From Escherichia phage vB_EcoM-UFV09, in the sequence record MZ291552.2: DNA of 64,000 bases; one strand, 5' to 3'. Under the pieces are notes generated by a model that made no database searches, was not told the origin of the DNA, and worked only from the letters and a program-made list of their open reading frames with translations. The position numbers and the translations under genes were made by a program. Of this stretch, positions 1 to 7,699 are shown piece by piece. Positions within the stretch are counted from its first letter, which is position 1. Each line of letters starts with the position of its first letter.

Positions 1-45
1 AGTCTAAGACCTTCATCTATACGTAACATTTCAAATATATTCATA
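1..45 (-). CDS. e: Endolysin (T4 lysozyme), N-terminal 15 codons; gene continues past the window edge
   Basis: Reverse complement of 1-45 reads MNIFEMLRIDEGLRL, the T4 lysozyme N-terminus; AGGAGG Shine-Dalgarno just upstream (46-56). Confidence 0.7.
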
Positions 46-81
46 ATACCTCCTAAGTATTTATAGAAGGTATTTATAAAA

Positions 82-537
82 TTAAAAGAGGTTGTTCATT
101 ATTCGGTAAAGTGAAGGACCCATCACATATTGCCACTGAGTACGAGGAATAAGAGCAAAAGCATCCATCTCTGGAATCATAACGCCATCTTTATTTTCAA
201 AATAAGACTCGCAATGGCAATTTCTGAACATCTCATGCTCTACTGGAATCGTATAATAAAATAACTGTAAGTCTTTATTACTAGAATATTTAAATACACC
301 TAGGTCTTCTAGAAGGTCTGGATTATAATTGCTAAAACCGGTCTCTTCTAAGCATTCTCTTTTTGCAGCTTCCAGTGCATTCAAATCAGAACTTTCTACA
401 CGTCCCTTTGGAATATCCCAGCGATGTGCCATCATTCCAGGCTTACGAGAACCAGTAACTCGTCCCATAAATAAATCTTTATCTTCTGTCATAAAGATAA
501 TACCAGCTGATAGTGTTTTCATTTTAATTTCCTGCAT
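82..537 (-). CDS. nudE: Nudix hydrolase NudE (e.1)
   Basis: Nudix box GRVESSDLNALEAAKRECLEETGF; position next to e. An internal ATG at 522 has a better SD (AGGAAA) and an ATGA overlap with the upstream ORF, so the true start may be 522. Confidence 0.85.
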   Translation of the reverse strand: MQEIKMKTLSAGIIFMTEDKDLFMGRVTGSRKPGMMAHRWDIPKGRVESSDLNALEAAKRECLEETGFSNYNPDLLEDLGVFKYSSNKDLQLFYYTIPVEHEMFRNCHCESYFENKDGVMIPEMDAFALIPRTQWQYVMGPSLYRIMNNLF

Positions 538-860
538 TCAGTGATAAAGTTATTTAAATTTTGAGTGTATTTCTTTTCATCAAAAATCTTTTGTTGTCTG
601 CGTAGCCGCCATGGCATTTCAATGAACGTGTACCATATCCCAGATAATATTGCTGCTGTAAAAATATTAACAAGTATGGTTAAAAGAATCCAATCTCCTA
701 TTCTGTCCATTGGATTTTTTATAAAAAAGTAAAATACGAATGATGTCACAGGACCTATTAATACATCAGTAGGAATTAGCTGACGCTTTAGTTCATACTT
801 CACAGGTTCACTTGGAAGGTATAGTGATGGCTTTGACATATTCTCTACATTCCTTAACAA
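519..860 (-). CDS. Small hydrophobic protein, probable membrane protein
   Basis: ORF with two hydrophobic segments (VTSFVFYFFI, WILLTILVNIFTAAILSGIWY); the real start may be the internal ATG near 839. Confidence 0.6.
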   Translation of the reverse strand: MLRNVENMSKPSLYLPSEPVKYELKRQLIPTDVLIGPVTSFVFYFFIKNPMDRIGDWILLTILVNIFTAAILSGIWYTFIEMPWRLRRQQKIFDEKKYTQNLNNFITECRKLK

Positions 861-1413
861 ATTTTTCTAATAATAAATCGCTTTCAAAATTGGGATTTTC
901 CACGAATTTATCAAAAAGATCATCAACAATAGTTAAGATATTCTTTTTACTAAGAATACACTTATTTTCATGCTTCGTTTCAGAATCAACTATAAGAGTA
1001 AAGAAATATTTCTTGCCCTGAAATTTTACAGTAGTATCAATATAGAATAAATTTGACTTTTGTAAATTACGTTTAAACCATGCATCACTTAAACTATAAA
1101 CGCCAAGATAATCATAATCGTCGTTTAAATAACAGACCGTCCATTCAGGAGAAACAAAATCAGTAAATTCAACGTCAAAATCGCATGTTAATGAATGAAT
1201 TGATTCAATACTGTTAATAAGTATTCCAGGACGTATTAAAGACTTTTTACCTTTATAAAATCCAGAAAGACTTTCATCAGTTTCATATGAAGAACCCCAA
1301 TAATAATTACGTCCTTCTGCCATACGTTTAAGAGCATTTAATAATTGATCTGGAACATCAACCTGTCTTTGGAACTCTTCAAACATTGAATTGAAATCAC
1401 TTTGCATTTTCAT
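808..1413 (-). CDS. Hypothetical early protein
   Basis: 201-aa ORF in the minus-strand early gene run; no recognisable motif. Confidence 0.6.
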   Translation of the reverse strand: MKMQSDFNSMFEEFQRQVDVPDQLLNALKRMAEGRNYYWGSSYETDESLSGFYKGKKSLIRPGILINSIESIHSLTCDFDVEFTDFVSPEWTVCYLNDDYDYLGVYSLSDAWFKRNLQKSNLFYIDTTVKFQGKKYFFTLIVDSETKHENKCILSKKNILTIVDDLFDKFVENPNFESDLLLEKFVKECREYVKAITIPSK

Positions 1414-1454
1414 TCCTACTTACTTCAAGTAATAGGGGCCGAAGCCCCTTATCA

Positions 1455-2048
1455 TTATTTCAGAGAATTAATATATTCCTGAACATCGGCAGAGGTAGTT
1501 TCAACCCCGGAAATATTACCGTTAAAGGTTTCAACTCGAGCAAGAGTATCTTCAATATCAACCTTAGTCAGTGCTGCAATTTCAACTACATCATCAGCAG
1601 TACTAATTCCGAGGGCATTCGCGGCGCGAGTTTCACGGATATATTCCAATTTAACTGCAAGTTCTTGGCGAGCATCATCCAATTCAACTACTTTCTTGGC
1701 GATTTCAATTCGCATTTCAGCATACCCATCAGCTTTAGTAGTTAACTGCTCAGCTGTTCGACGATATAGCAAGCCGAGTTTAGCATGCATTGTTACATCT
1801 TGACCTTCGGAAAGAAGCTTGCGAATTTCACGCTCTTTTGATTCGGCCTGTCGATTCTTTTCGATAACAAGTTCACGAATACGTTTTTCTTCATTAATAG
1901 ATTTAACAGAAGCAGTTTTTAAATCTTTAATTTTATCAAGTAGTTTTGCTGCTGCAGCAGTATACTGTTCTTCAACAGATAGATTTTTAGCCATAGCAGA
2001 ACCAAGTTTAGTGCGAATAAACTCAACAATTTTCTTCAGTGTGTTCAT
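1455..2048 (-). CDS. Hypothetical coiled-coil protein
   Basis: 197-aa ORF rich in charged heptad-like repeats; followed by the GGGGCCGAAGCCCC hairpin at 1431-1447. Confidence 0.6.
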   Translation of the reverse strand: MNTLKKIVEFIRTKLGSAMAKNLSVEEQYTAAAAKLLDKIKDLKTASVKSINEEKRIRELVIEKNRQAESKEREIRKLLSEGQDVTMHAKLGLLYRRTAEQLTTKADGYAEMRIEIAKKVVELDDARQELAVKLEYIRETRAANALGISTADDVVEIAALTKVDIEDTLARVETFNGNISGVETTSADVQEYINSLK

Positions 2049-2091
2049 AGTATTTCCTTAGGTTGATTAAGATTTAAAATCCGTGAGAGTA

Positions 2092-2268
2092 TTATACTCC
2101 GGATAGTTTGTAAACTATTTCAACATCGCCTTTTGCTGCTTTATAACCTTCAGCCCAAGATATAACCGAGTTTTTATCCGAAGATTCAAATTCTGGCATT
2201 GGGCTTTCGCCAATGTTCACGCAGTATGTTTCTTCATTTTCGTCAAACCAAATAATTAAAGTAGTCAT
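2092..2268 (-). CDS. Small hypothetical protein (58 aa), below the ORF-track cutoff
   Basis: ATG at 2268 preceded by GGAG Shine-Dalgarno; TAA stop at 2092-2094; fills an otherwise empty gap between early genes. Confidence 0.45.
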   Translation of the reverse strand: MTTLIIWFDENEETYCVNIGESPMPEFESSDKNSVISWAEGYKAAKGDVEIVYKLSGV

Positions 2269-2336
2269 TTATTTCTCCGTTTCTGTATTTGTTTTGATAA
2301 GTCTATAATAACACCGTCCTTGGTGTTTGTACACAA

Positions 2337-2612
2337 TTATTTCATATTATTGAAATATTCTTCTGCAATTTCGTCGTTATCATGGTAAACTTTAGAAGAC
2401 AGTTTAACATAACCTTCAGCAGTGAACATGTTAATCACAACCTTTACAGTATACCACTGACCATCTTCATTACCCATTACTGCGTAAGTTTCAAACATCG
2501 GATGATCAGGACCGATAACTTTAATATCATTCACTGTACGACCAAAATCTTCTGAAACACATTTCATAAAGAAGTTGAACAGTTCGCCGTAATTATCCAT
2601 TTCATTCTCCAA
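2337..2612 (-). CDS. Hypothetical early protein
   Basis: 91-aa ORF with a T4 early-type promoter upstream (2644-2673). Confidence 0.6.
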   Translation of the reverse strand: MENEMDNYGELFNFFMKCVSEDFGRTVNDIKVIGPDHPMFETYAVMGNEDGQWYTVKVVINMFTAEGYVKLSSKVYHDNDEIAEEYFNNMK

Positions 2613-2643
2613 GTTGTTTTCTGTATCAGTAGTTGATAGTTGT

Positions 2644-2673
2644 ATAGTACCATAGAAGAACAGGGATGTAAAC
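2644..2673 (-). promoter_or_regulatory. T4 early-type promoter
   Basis: On the minus strand: GTTTACA -35, 17-bp spacer, TACTAT -10; part of the recurring TGTAAACA(A/G)TTTTGTGAAA block seen on the + strand. Confidence 0.5.
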
Positions 2674-2806
2674 AGTTTTGTGAAAAATTTTTTAAAAAGT
2701 TTTGGGGAATTCTAGGGCAAGGAGGGGAAATTAAAGGATAGGATAATATATTATAAAGGGTAGAAACTAAATGATGCCTAGAGAGGCCTGGAAAGGCTTA
2801 GATACC

Positions 2807-2834
2807 AAAAAGCCCCAACCTTTTGGTCGGGACT
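2807..2834 (-). terminator. Rho-independent terminator downstream of the internal-protein-like gene
   Basis: Minus-strand hairpin AGTCCCGACC-AAAA-GGTTGGGGCT followed by a T run. Confidence 0.6.
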
Positions 2835-2841
2835 AAGAATG

Positions 2842-3315
2842 TTATTTGATTTGTTTAGCAGACCAAATGCGGTCTTTAATAATTTTTTGGATGTCTTCAA
2901 CATACTCAAGAGAATGAGCATGTGGGTTATCTTTAAAGCTATGAGCACGAGCTAGCTTTTGGCCTTCAGTTTTGATTACTAAAAGCTCTTTAAGGATAGC
3001 TTCATATTTGGAGATAATTCCTTTAACGATATTTTTTTCTTGTGCGACTTTAGGATCTGCTTTAGGAGCAGGTTTACCCGAAGCCTTTGCAAAAGCAGCG
3101 CCAGTAGCAACTAAACTTTTCCAGGCCATACTAACTGCATTTCCCGTAAATCCTTCCGCTTTCATGTCGCGTGCGAACTGGAATCGTGATTCATCAGAAG
3201 CATCTTTGTAAGAATATTTACCCGCTGCAATGGCTGCTTTTGCGACAGCTTGAATTTCGGTGCTAGATGCTTCATTTAACACCGCTTCATTTAAAAATTG
3301 AGTATATGATTTCAT
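2842..3315 (-). CDS. Internal-protein-like head protein with an N-terminal capsid-targeting sequence
   Basis: N-terminus MKSYTQFLNEAVLNE resembles the T4 internal-protein targeting sequence (MKTYQEF...), with LNE protease-type sites; basic, Lys/Ala-rich body; late promoter and AGGAAA Shine-Dalgarno upstream. Confidence 0.6.
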   Translation of the reverse strand: MKSYTQFLNEAVLNEASSTEIQAVAKAAIAAGKYSYKDASDESRFQFARDMKAEGFTGNAVSMAWKSLVATGAAFAKASGKPAPKADPKVAQEKNIVKGIISKYEAILKELLVIKTEGQKLARAHSFKDNPHAHSLEYVEDIQKIIKDRIWSAKQIK

Positions 3316-3351
3316 CTTATTTCCTGTTTTAATTCGTGGATTTAATATACT

Positions 3352-3359
3352 TATTTATA
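3352..3359 (-). promoter_or_regulatory. T4 late promoter (TATAAATA) for the internal-protein-like gene
   Basis: + strand TATTTATA is TATAAATA on the minus strand, about 35 nt upstream of the start at 3315. Confidence 0.55.
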
Positions 3360-3361
3360 CT

Positions 3362-3389
3362 AAAAAGCCCCAACCTTTTGGTCGGGGCT
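3362..3389 (-). terminator. Rho-independent terminator upstream of the internal-protein-like gene
   Basis: Minus-strand hairpin AGCCCCGACC-AAAA-GGTTGGGGCT followed by a T run; near-identical copy of the hairpin at 2807-2834. Confidence 0.6.
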
Positions 3390-3440
3390 AAGCCTTGCGG
3401 CAACCTTGTCGGGGTTCCACCTGCTAAGGCAAGTGTTTGT

Positions 3441-3532
3441 ACGAAACGCCGGGATTCGAACCCGGTTATTAAGCAGTTGACGCTACTCAATATTTTTAAA
3501 AGGCCATATCTCGACCATATCCGAACGTTCCG
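3441..3532 (-). ncRNA. tRNA-like element; possible stable small RNA or degenerate type II tRNA
   Basis: Intact T-arm (CCGGG-TTCGAAT-CCCGG) and a 7-bp acceptor helix (CGGAACG with CGTTTCG), but no canonical D or anticodon arm; no minus-strand ORF across 3390-3700. Confidence 0.3.
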
Positions 3533-3696
3533 TCAAAAACGCTACTCGGCTTACGGCAAAGATATTTCCTCGAATCGATAATTCGGTGCGCCGTTTCTGC
3601 TGTGATAGTAAAGAGCCAGAACACAGTAAAACTGTGGGAGGAAACTATACTCCAGGGAACATCAGTCCGACGACTTACCGGTAGCGACCCGGTTTC

Positions 3697-4047
3697 TTAG
3701 TATTCTTTTAAAGCATCAATTTGTTCACGGCGTTTACGCCATAAATCAATTGCTTCATAAGCAGATTCAGCATTTCGAATTAGCCGACATTTATATAAAG
3801 ACTTGTGATTTTGGTATTGCGTAGATAATGGAATTTTATCTAAAAGGTCTTTGCGTTCAAAGTATTCGTAACCATCTAAACCAAATGAACGATTTTTGAG
3901 AAATTGCCAATGACCATATTCGTTTTCGACATAAACATAATCTGCATGCTGATAAAGCAAATTAATTACACGTTCAGAAATAACAGTATCATTATGATTA
4001 AAATAGAATGTTAAATCATGAACTACTAAATAAACATTACCTTTCAT
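3697..4047 (-). CDS. Hypothetical protein next to the tRNA array
   Basis: 116-aa ORF immediately downstream (minus-strand sense) of tRNA-Arg. Confidence 0.55.
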   Translation of the reverse strand: MKGNVYLVVHDLTFYFNHNDTVISERVINLLYQHADYVYVENEYGHWQFLKNRSFGLDGYEYFERKDLLDKIPLSTQYQNHKSLYKCRLIRNAESAYEAIDLWRKRREQIDALKEY

Positions 4048-4065
4048 ATTTTCCTCACTTATAAT

Positions 4066-4141
4066 TGGTCGAGGCAGTAGGGATCGAACCTACGACCCAG
4101 GACTTAGAAGGTCCTTGCTCTTCCTTCTGAGCTATGCCCCG
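4066..4141 (-). tRNA. tRNA-Arg (anticodon TCT)
   Basis: Hand-folded cloverleaf: acceptor CGGGGCA with TGCCTCG, anticodon loop CTTCTAA, T-loop TTCGATC, encoded CCA. Confidence 0.8.
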
Positions 4142-4145
4142 TAAT

Positions 4146-4221
4146 TGGGGTGACCGATGGGAGTCGAACCCATGACTACGAGAATCACAATCTCGAGTTC
4201 TACCAACTGAACTACGGCCAC
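4146..4221 (-). tRNA. tRNA-His (anticodon GTG)
   Basis: Hand-folded: acceptor GTGGCCG with CGGTCAC, anticodon loop TTGTGAT, T-loop TTCGACT, CCA. Confidence 0.75.
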
Positions 4222-4335
4222 ATTAATACCTACTCCAACAATCATGATGTCTTCACACGAAATTAAGAGAAGAGTGATCAGTTCAACCCCTATAATCGCG
4301 TCAAGTAGATATTAATGTGACAGTTGTCACAAATT

Positions 4336-4410
4336 TGGCGGACGTGATAGGATTCGAACCTATAACCAATCGCTTAACAGGCGATCGCTCTGCCATTGAG
4401 CTACACATCC
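4336..4410 (-). tRNA. tRNA-Asn (anticodon GTT)
   Basis: Hand-folded: acceptor GGATGTG with CACGTCC, anticodon stem ATCGC/GCGAT with loop CTGTTAA, T-loop TTCGAAT, CCA. Confidence 0.8.
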
Positions 4411-4414
4411 AAAT

Positions 4415-4501
4415 TGGTGGGGAGTGATGGAGTCGAACCACCCGAGTCGCAATGACAATGAATTTACAGTCCACACCGCTACCTCTACGGGATAACTCCC
4501 C
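4415..4501 (-). tRNA. tRNA-Tyr (anticodon GTA), type II with long variable arm
   Basis: 87 nt; acceptor GGGGAGT with ACTCCCC; anticodon loop CTGTAAA; the anticodon stem relies on G-U pairs, so the isotype is less certain. Confidence 0.6.
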
Positions 4502-4507
4502 TTAATT

Positions 4508-4582
4508 TGGTGGCCCTGGGTGGAATTGAACCACCATCTGGCGATTATGAGTCGCTTGCTTGAACCTTCCAGCTACAGGGCC
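4508..4582 (-). tRNA. tRNA with CAT anticodon (Met, or Ile2 if lysidine-modified as in T4)
   Basis: Acceptor GGCCCTG with CAGGGCC, anticodon loop CTCATAA, T-loop TTCAATT; sits between Thr and the next tRNA where T4 has tRNA-Ile. Confidence 0.7.
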
Positions 4583-4583
4583 T

Positions 4584-4659
4584 TGGTGCTGATTGACGGA
4601 ATCGAACCGCCGACATCCTCATTACAAGTGAGGTGCTCTACCTACTGAGCTAAATCAGC
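4584..4659 (-). tRNA. tRNA-Thr (anticodon TGT)
   Basis: Acceptor GCTGATT with AATCAGC, anticodon stem CCTCA/TGAGG with loop CTTGTAA. Confidence 0.8.
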
Positions 4660-4664
4660 AAAGC

Positions 4665-4754
4665 TGGCGGAGGCGATAGGATTTGAACCTATGAATCGCC
4701 GGAGCGACTGCCGGTTTTCAAGACCGGTGCATTAAACCACTCTGCCACGCCTCC
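4665..4754 (-). tRNA. tRNA-Ser (anticodon TGA), type II
   Basis: 90 nt; acceptor GGAGGCG with CGCCTCC, anticodon stem CCGGT/ACCGG with loop CTTGAAA, long variable arm. Confidence 0.8.
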
Positions 4755-4756
4755 AG

Positions 4757-4830
4757 TCTCCATACAAGGATTTGAACCTTGGACCTCCTGATCCCAAATC
4801 AGGCGCTCTACCAAACTGAGCTACACGGAG
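4757..4830 (-). tRNA. tRNA-Pro (anticodon TGG)
   Basis: Acceptor CTCCGTG with TATGGAG (two G-U pairs), anticodon loop TTTGGGA; CCA not encoded. Confidence 0.75.
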
Positions 4831-4840
4831 TAAATTAAAT

Positions 4841-4914
<74 letters not shown>

Positions 4915-4919
4915 AAATT

Positions 4920-5006
4920 TGGTGCGAGAAGTGGGACTCGAACCCACAAGGAAATCATTCCGCAGCATTTTAAGTGCTGTGCCTTTACCAATTTGACCAT
5001 TCTCGC
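4920..5006 (-). tRNA. tRNA-Leu (anticodon TAA), type II
   Basis: 87 nt; acceptor GCGAGAA with TTCTCGC, anticodon stem CAGCA/TGCTG with loop CTTAAAA. Confidence 0.8.
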
Positions 5007-5007
5007 G

Positions 5008-5080
5008 CTGGGAATAAAGGATTCGAACCTTTGCATCTAGCAGTCAAAGTGCTATGCCTTACCAACTTGGCTAATTCCCA
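5008..5080 (-). tRNA. tRNA-Gln (anticodon TTG)
   Basis: Acceptor TGGGAAT with ATTCCCA, anticodon stem TAGCA/TGCTA with loop CTTTGAC; 1-nt gap to tRNA-Leu, as in the T4 Gln-Leu dimeric precursor. Confidence 0.75.
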
Positions 5081-5166
5081 ATTATTAACAAAGGCTCTTT
5101 AGCAAGAACCCTTGATGATAGAGGGTATTAATCAGTGCGGTATGAGTTAATAATAACAAATAATTC

Positions 5167-5691
5167 TTAAAGCAAATTAAACATTTTAACAGTCGGCAAA
5201 ACAATTTCTTTTTCTATATAAGAGTATTTAACACTCTCAACTACACGCAAAAAATCATAATCATAATACTCAGAAGCACTGCCTAAAATATTAATAAGTC
5301 CTTCAAGCACTTTATTACCATTCACAAAGAATAAGTCAAATACACGTTCTTCGTCTTCTTCGGATTTATTACCAAGGTCAACTTCTATGTCAAAGACCTT
5401 TTTAATGAATTCTGGATAAAGTTGTTCTGAGAACAGTCCTTCAACCAAGTATTCATAAATAAAAAGCGATTGCTCGCTGAACAAGCCATTACCACAATAA
5501 CGTTCAGCTTTAGTACTAGAATGTCTGCTTTTAAACTTCTTTAAAAGATATTGGAATTGTAAGATTTCATGCTCTTCTACGCCAAACAGTGTTTTAGTTT
5601 TATAGTTGTCACCATCATTTTCCCAGGTAGTGACATCAATTACGTAACCCTGTGGAATTGTAGTACCTAAACAAATATTCATTTTCACCAC
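5167..5691 (-). CDS. Hypothetical protein (variable tRNA-proximal block)
   Basis: 174-aa ORF, acidic; no recognisable motif. Confidence 0.55.
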   Translation of the reverse strand: MVKMNICLGTTIPQGYVIDVTTWENDGDNYKTKTLFGVEEHEILQFQYLLKKFKSRHSSTKAERYCGNGLFSEQSLFIYEYLVEGLFSEQLYPEFIKKVFDIEVDLGNKSEEDEERVFDLFFVNGNKVLEGLINILGSASEYYDYDFLRVVESVKYSYIEKEIVLPTVKMFNLL

Positions 5692-5975
5692 GCTGCATTA
5701 ATATACGTTTTCTGAATGCATTCAAGACCTAAAGGATTCTTGAAAATATCATATTCAAGAGGACCTTTTTCTGTTTCAATAAAGAAATCAAAATTTACTG
5801 TATTAAATTTACGGTCTTCCTTCACTAATTTAACTTGAGAAGATGAACGGTCAACATAAACCTTTTCAACTTCAAAACATGTTAAAACGCCATAATCATC
5901 AATCAAGGCTTTAGCCGCGTCTTGATCATATTTATATCCATTTTCAATGGATGATACTTTCGCATAAAGAATCAT
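5685..5975 (-). CDS. Hypothetical protein
   Basis: 96-aa ORF tightly packed with its neighbours. Confidence 0.55.
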   Translation of the reverse strand: MILYAKVSSIENGYKYDQDAAKALIDDYGVLTCFEVEKVYVDRSSSQVKLVKEDRKFNTVNFDFFIETEKGPLEYDIFKNPLGLECIQKTYINAAW

Positions 5976-5977
5976 TA

Positions 5978-6382
5978 TTAACCTTTATCAACAATAGTAT
6001 GTGTATGGGCATTTACGATTTGCCACCAGTCAAAACTATCGCCAAATCGTTTTGATTTATTGTCTTCAATAATTTGGCGTAATTCATCTTCTGTTTCAGC
6101 ATACGCAATCAAATCATCATATCCACCGCAAGGATAGTAATTATCGCCTGCGAACAAAAGAAAATTTACTTTAGATGGGTCTACATAATAATGCTCTTTA
6201 GGATATTTAGTTCCTTTCCAATCAGTTACTTCAACATAACGATAAGAAAATCCATTTTTACTTTCAACCCAACTCCACGCTTCAAAAGGAGTATTAAAAA
6301 CTCTATCAGGTATTAAATTACCTTCAAAATGAGAAGGATTTGCATAATCCCCAGCATAAACATAATATTCGTTAATATTCAT
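5978..6382 (-). CDS. Hypothetical protein
   Basis: 134-aa ORF rich in Tyr/Trp; no recognisable motif. Confidence 0.55.
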   Translation of the reverse strand: MNINEYYVYAGDYANPSHFEGNLIPDRVFNTPFEAWSWVESKNGFSYRYVEVTDWKGTKYPKEHYYVDPSKVNFLLFAGDNYYPCGGYDDLIAYAETEDELRQIIEDNKSKRFGDSFDWWQIVNAHTHTIVDKG

Positions 6383-6568
6383 TTATTCACCTTTAGAAAT
6401 TTTATCCATAACAATAGCGATTAAACCAATTAAAAATGCTACTACAAGTGAAAAAACATTTTCTGCTGTAGTCAATAATCCGCATATAAATCCAACAAAC
6501 ATTGAAAAACTAAAAGCGGAAGCAGAAATTGCAATAGCAACATTTCGAATTAATTCACAACGTTTCAT
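6383..6568 (-). CDS. Small membrane protein
   Basis: 61-aa ORF, almost entirely hydrophobic (two predicted transmembrane segments). Confidence 0.55.
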   Translation of the reverse strand: MKRCELIRNVAIAISASAFSFSMFVGFICGLLTTAENVFSLVVAFLIGLIAIVMDKISKGE

Positions 6569-6596
6569 TTTATTCTCCTCGGTAGTTGATAGGGTA

Positions 6597-6626
6597 ATAG
6601 TATCACAACTAAAACCCTATGTAAAC
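6597..6626 (-). promoter_or_regulatory. T4 early-type promoter
   Basis: Minus strand: GTTTACA -35, 17-bp spacer, TACTAT -10. Confidence 0.5.
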
Positions 6627-6644
6627 AACTTTGTGAAATATTTA

Positions 6645-6929
6645 TTACAAAAGATTTTTAGCAATAATTTTAAGCTGAGCTACTGAAATATGCTTGGCTT
6701 TAAACAAAGCAGTTTCTTCAGCAGGGGAGATAACGATTGTAGCACCATCTTTCTTAGCGGACCATCCATCACCCAGGTAAACAGTACCTTTGACTTCTTC
6801 GCCATCAACCAGGCTAATCATCGGTTTACCTTCACGTCCTTTGTTTGCTTTAATAACTTCAGAAGTAAGGGTCGCTTCAGTCAAAGTAGAAGCGTTAGTG
6901 GTTGAAGTGAATTCTTGATAAGTTTTCAT
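6645..6929 (-). CDS. ipI: Internal protein I precursor (head-packaged, injected anti-restriction protein)
   Basis: 94 aa with N-terminal targeting sequence MKTYQEF and LTE cleavage-type sites; sits next to 57B, the T4 ipI position. Confidence 0.85.
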   Translation of the reverse strand: MKTYQEFTSTTNASTLTEATLTSEVIKANKGREGKPMISLVDGEEVKGTVYLGDGWSAKKDGATIVISPAEETALFKAKHISVAQLKIIAKNLL

Positions 6930-6959
6930 TTTATTTTCCTAATTAATTTTGATGAGGTA

Positions 6960-6989
6960 ATAGTATCACTACCTCATCAGCATGTAAAC
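6960..6989 (-). promoter_or_regulatory. T4 early-type promoter for ipI
   Basis: Minus strand: GTTTACA -35, 17-bp spacer, TACTAT -10; the -10 lies in the loop of the 6951-6978 inverted repeat. Confidence 0.5.
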
Positions 6990-7001
6990 AACTTTGTGAA
7001 A

Positions 7002-7698
<697 letters not shown>

Positions 7699-7699
<1 letters not shown>

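Noticed and set aside
329-544. 71-aa + strand ORF inside nudE
   Set aside because: Lies antisense within a well-supported minus-strand gene and has no ribosome-binding site; typical shadow ORF. The same reasoning applies to the other short antisense ORFs in the track (for example 812-1021, 1819-2061, 2972-3211, 6690-6905, 7503-7724, 8706-8891, 10085-10270).
3336-3581. 81-aa + strand ORF across the tRNA-like region
   Set aside because: On the opposite strand to every neighbouring gene, no Shine-Dalgarno, and it overlaps the T-arm/acceptor structure and the upstream terminator; more likely non-coding.
4291-4296. TATAAT hexamer in the tRNA spacer on the + strand
   Set aside because: It is on the strand opposite to the tRNA genes, with no -35 partner and nothing to transcribe downstream on that strand.
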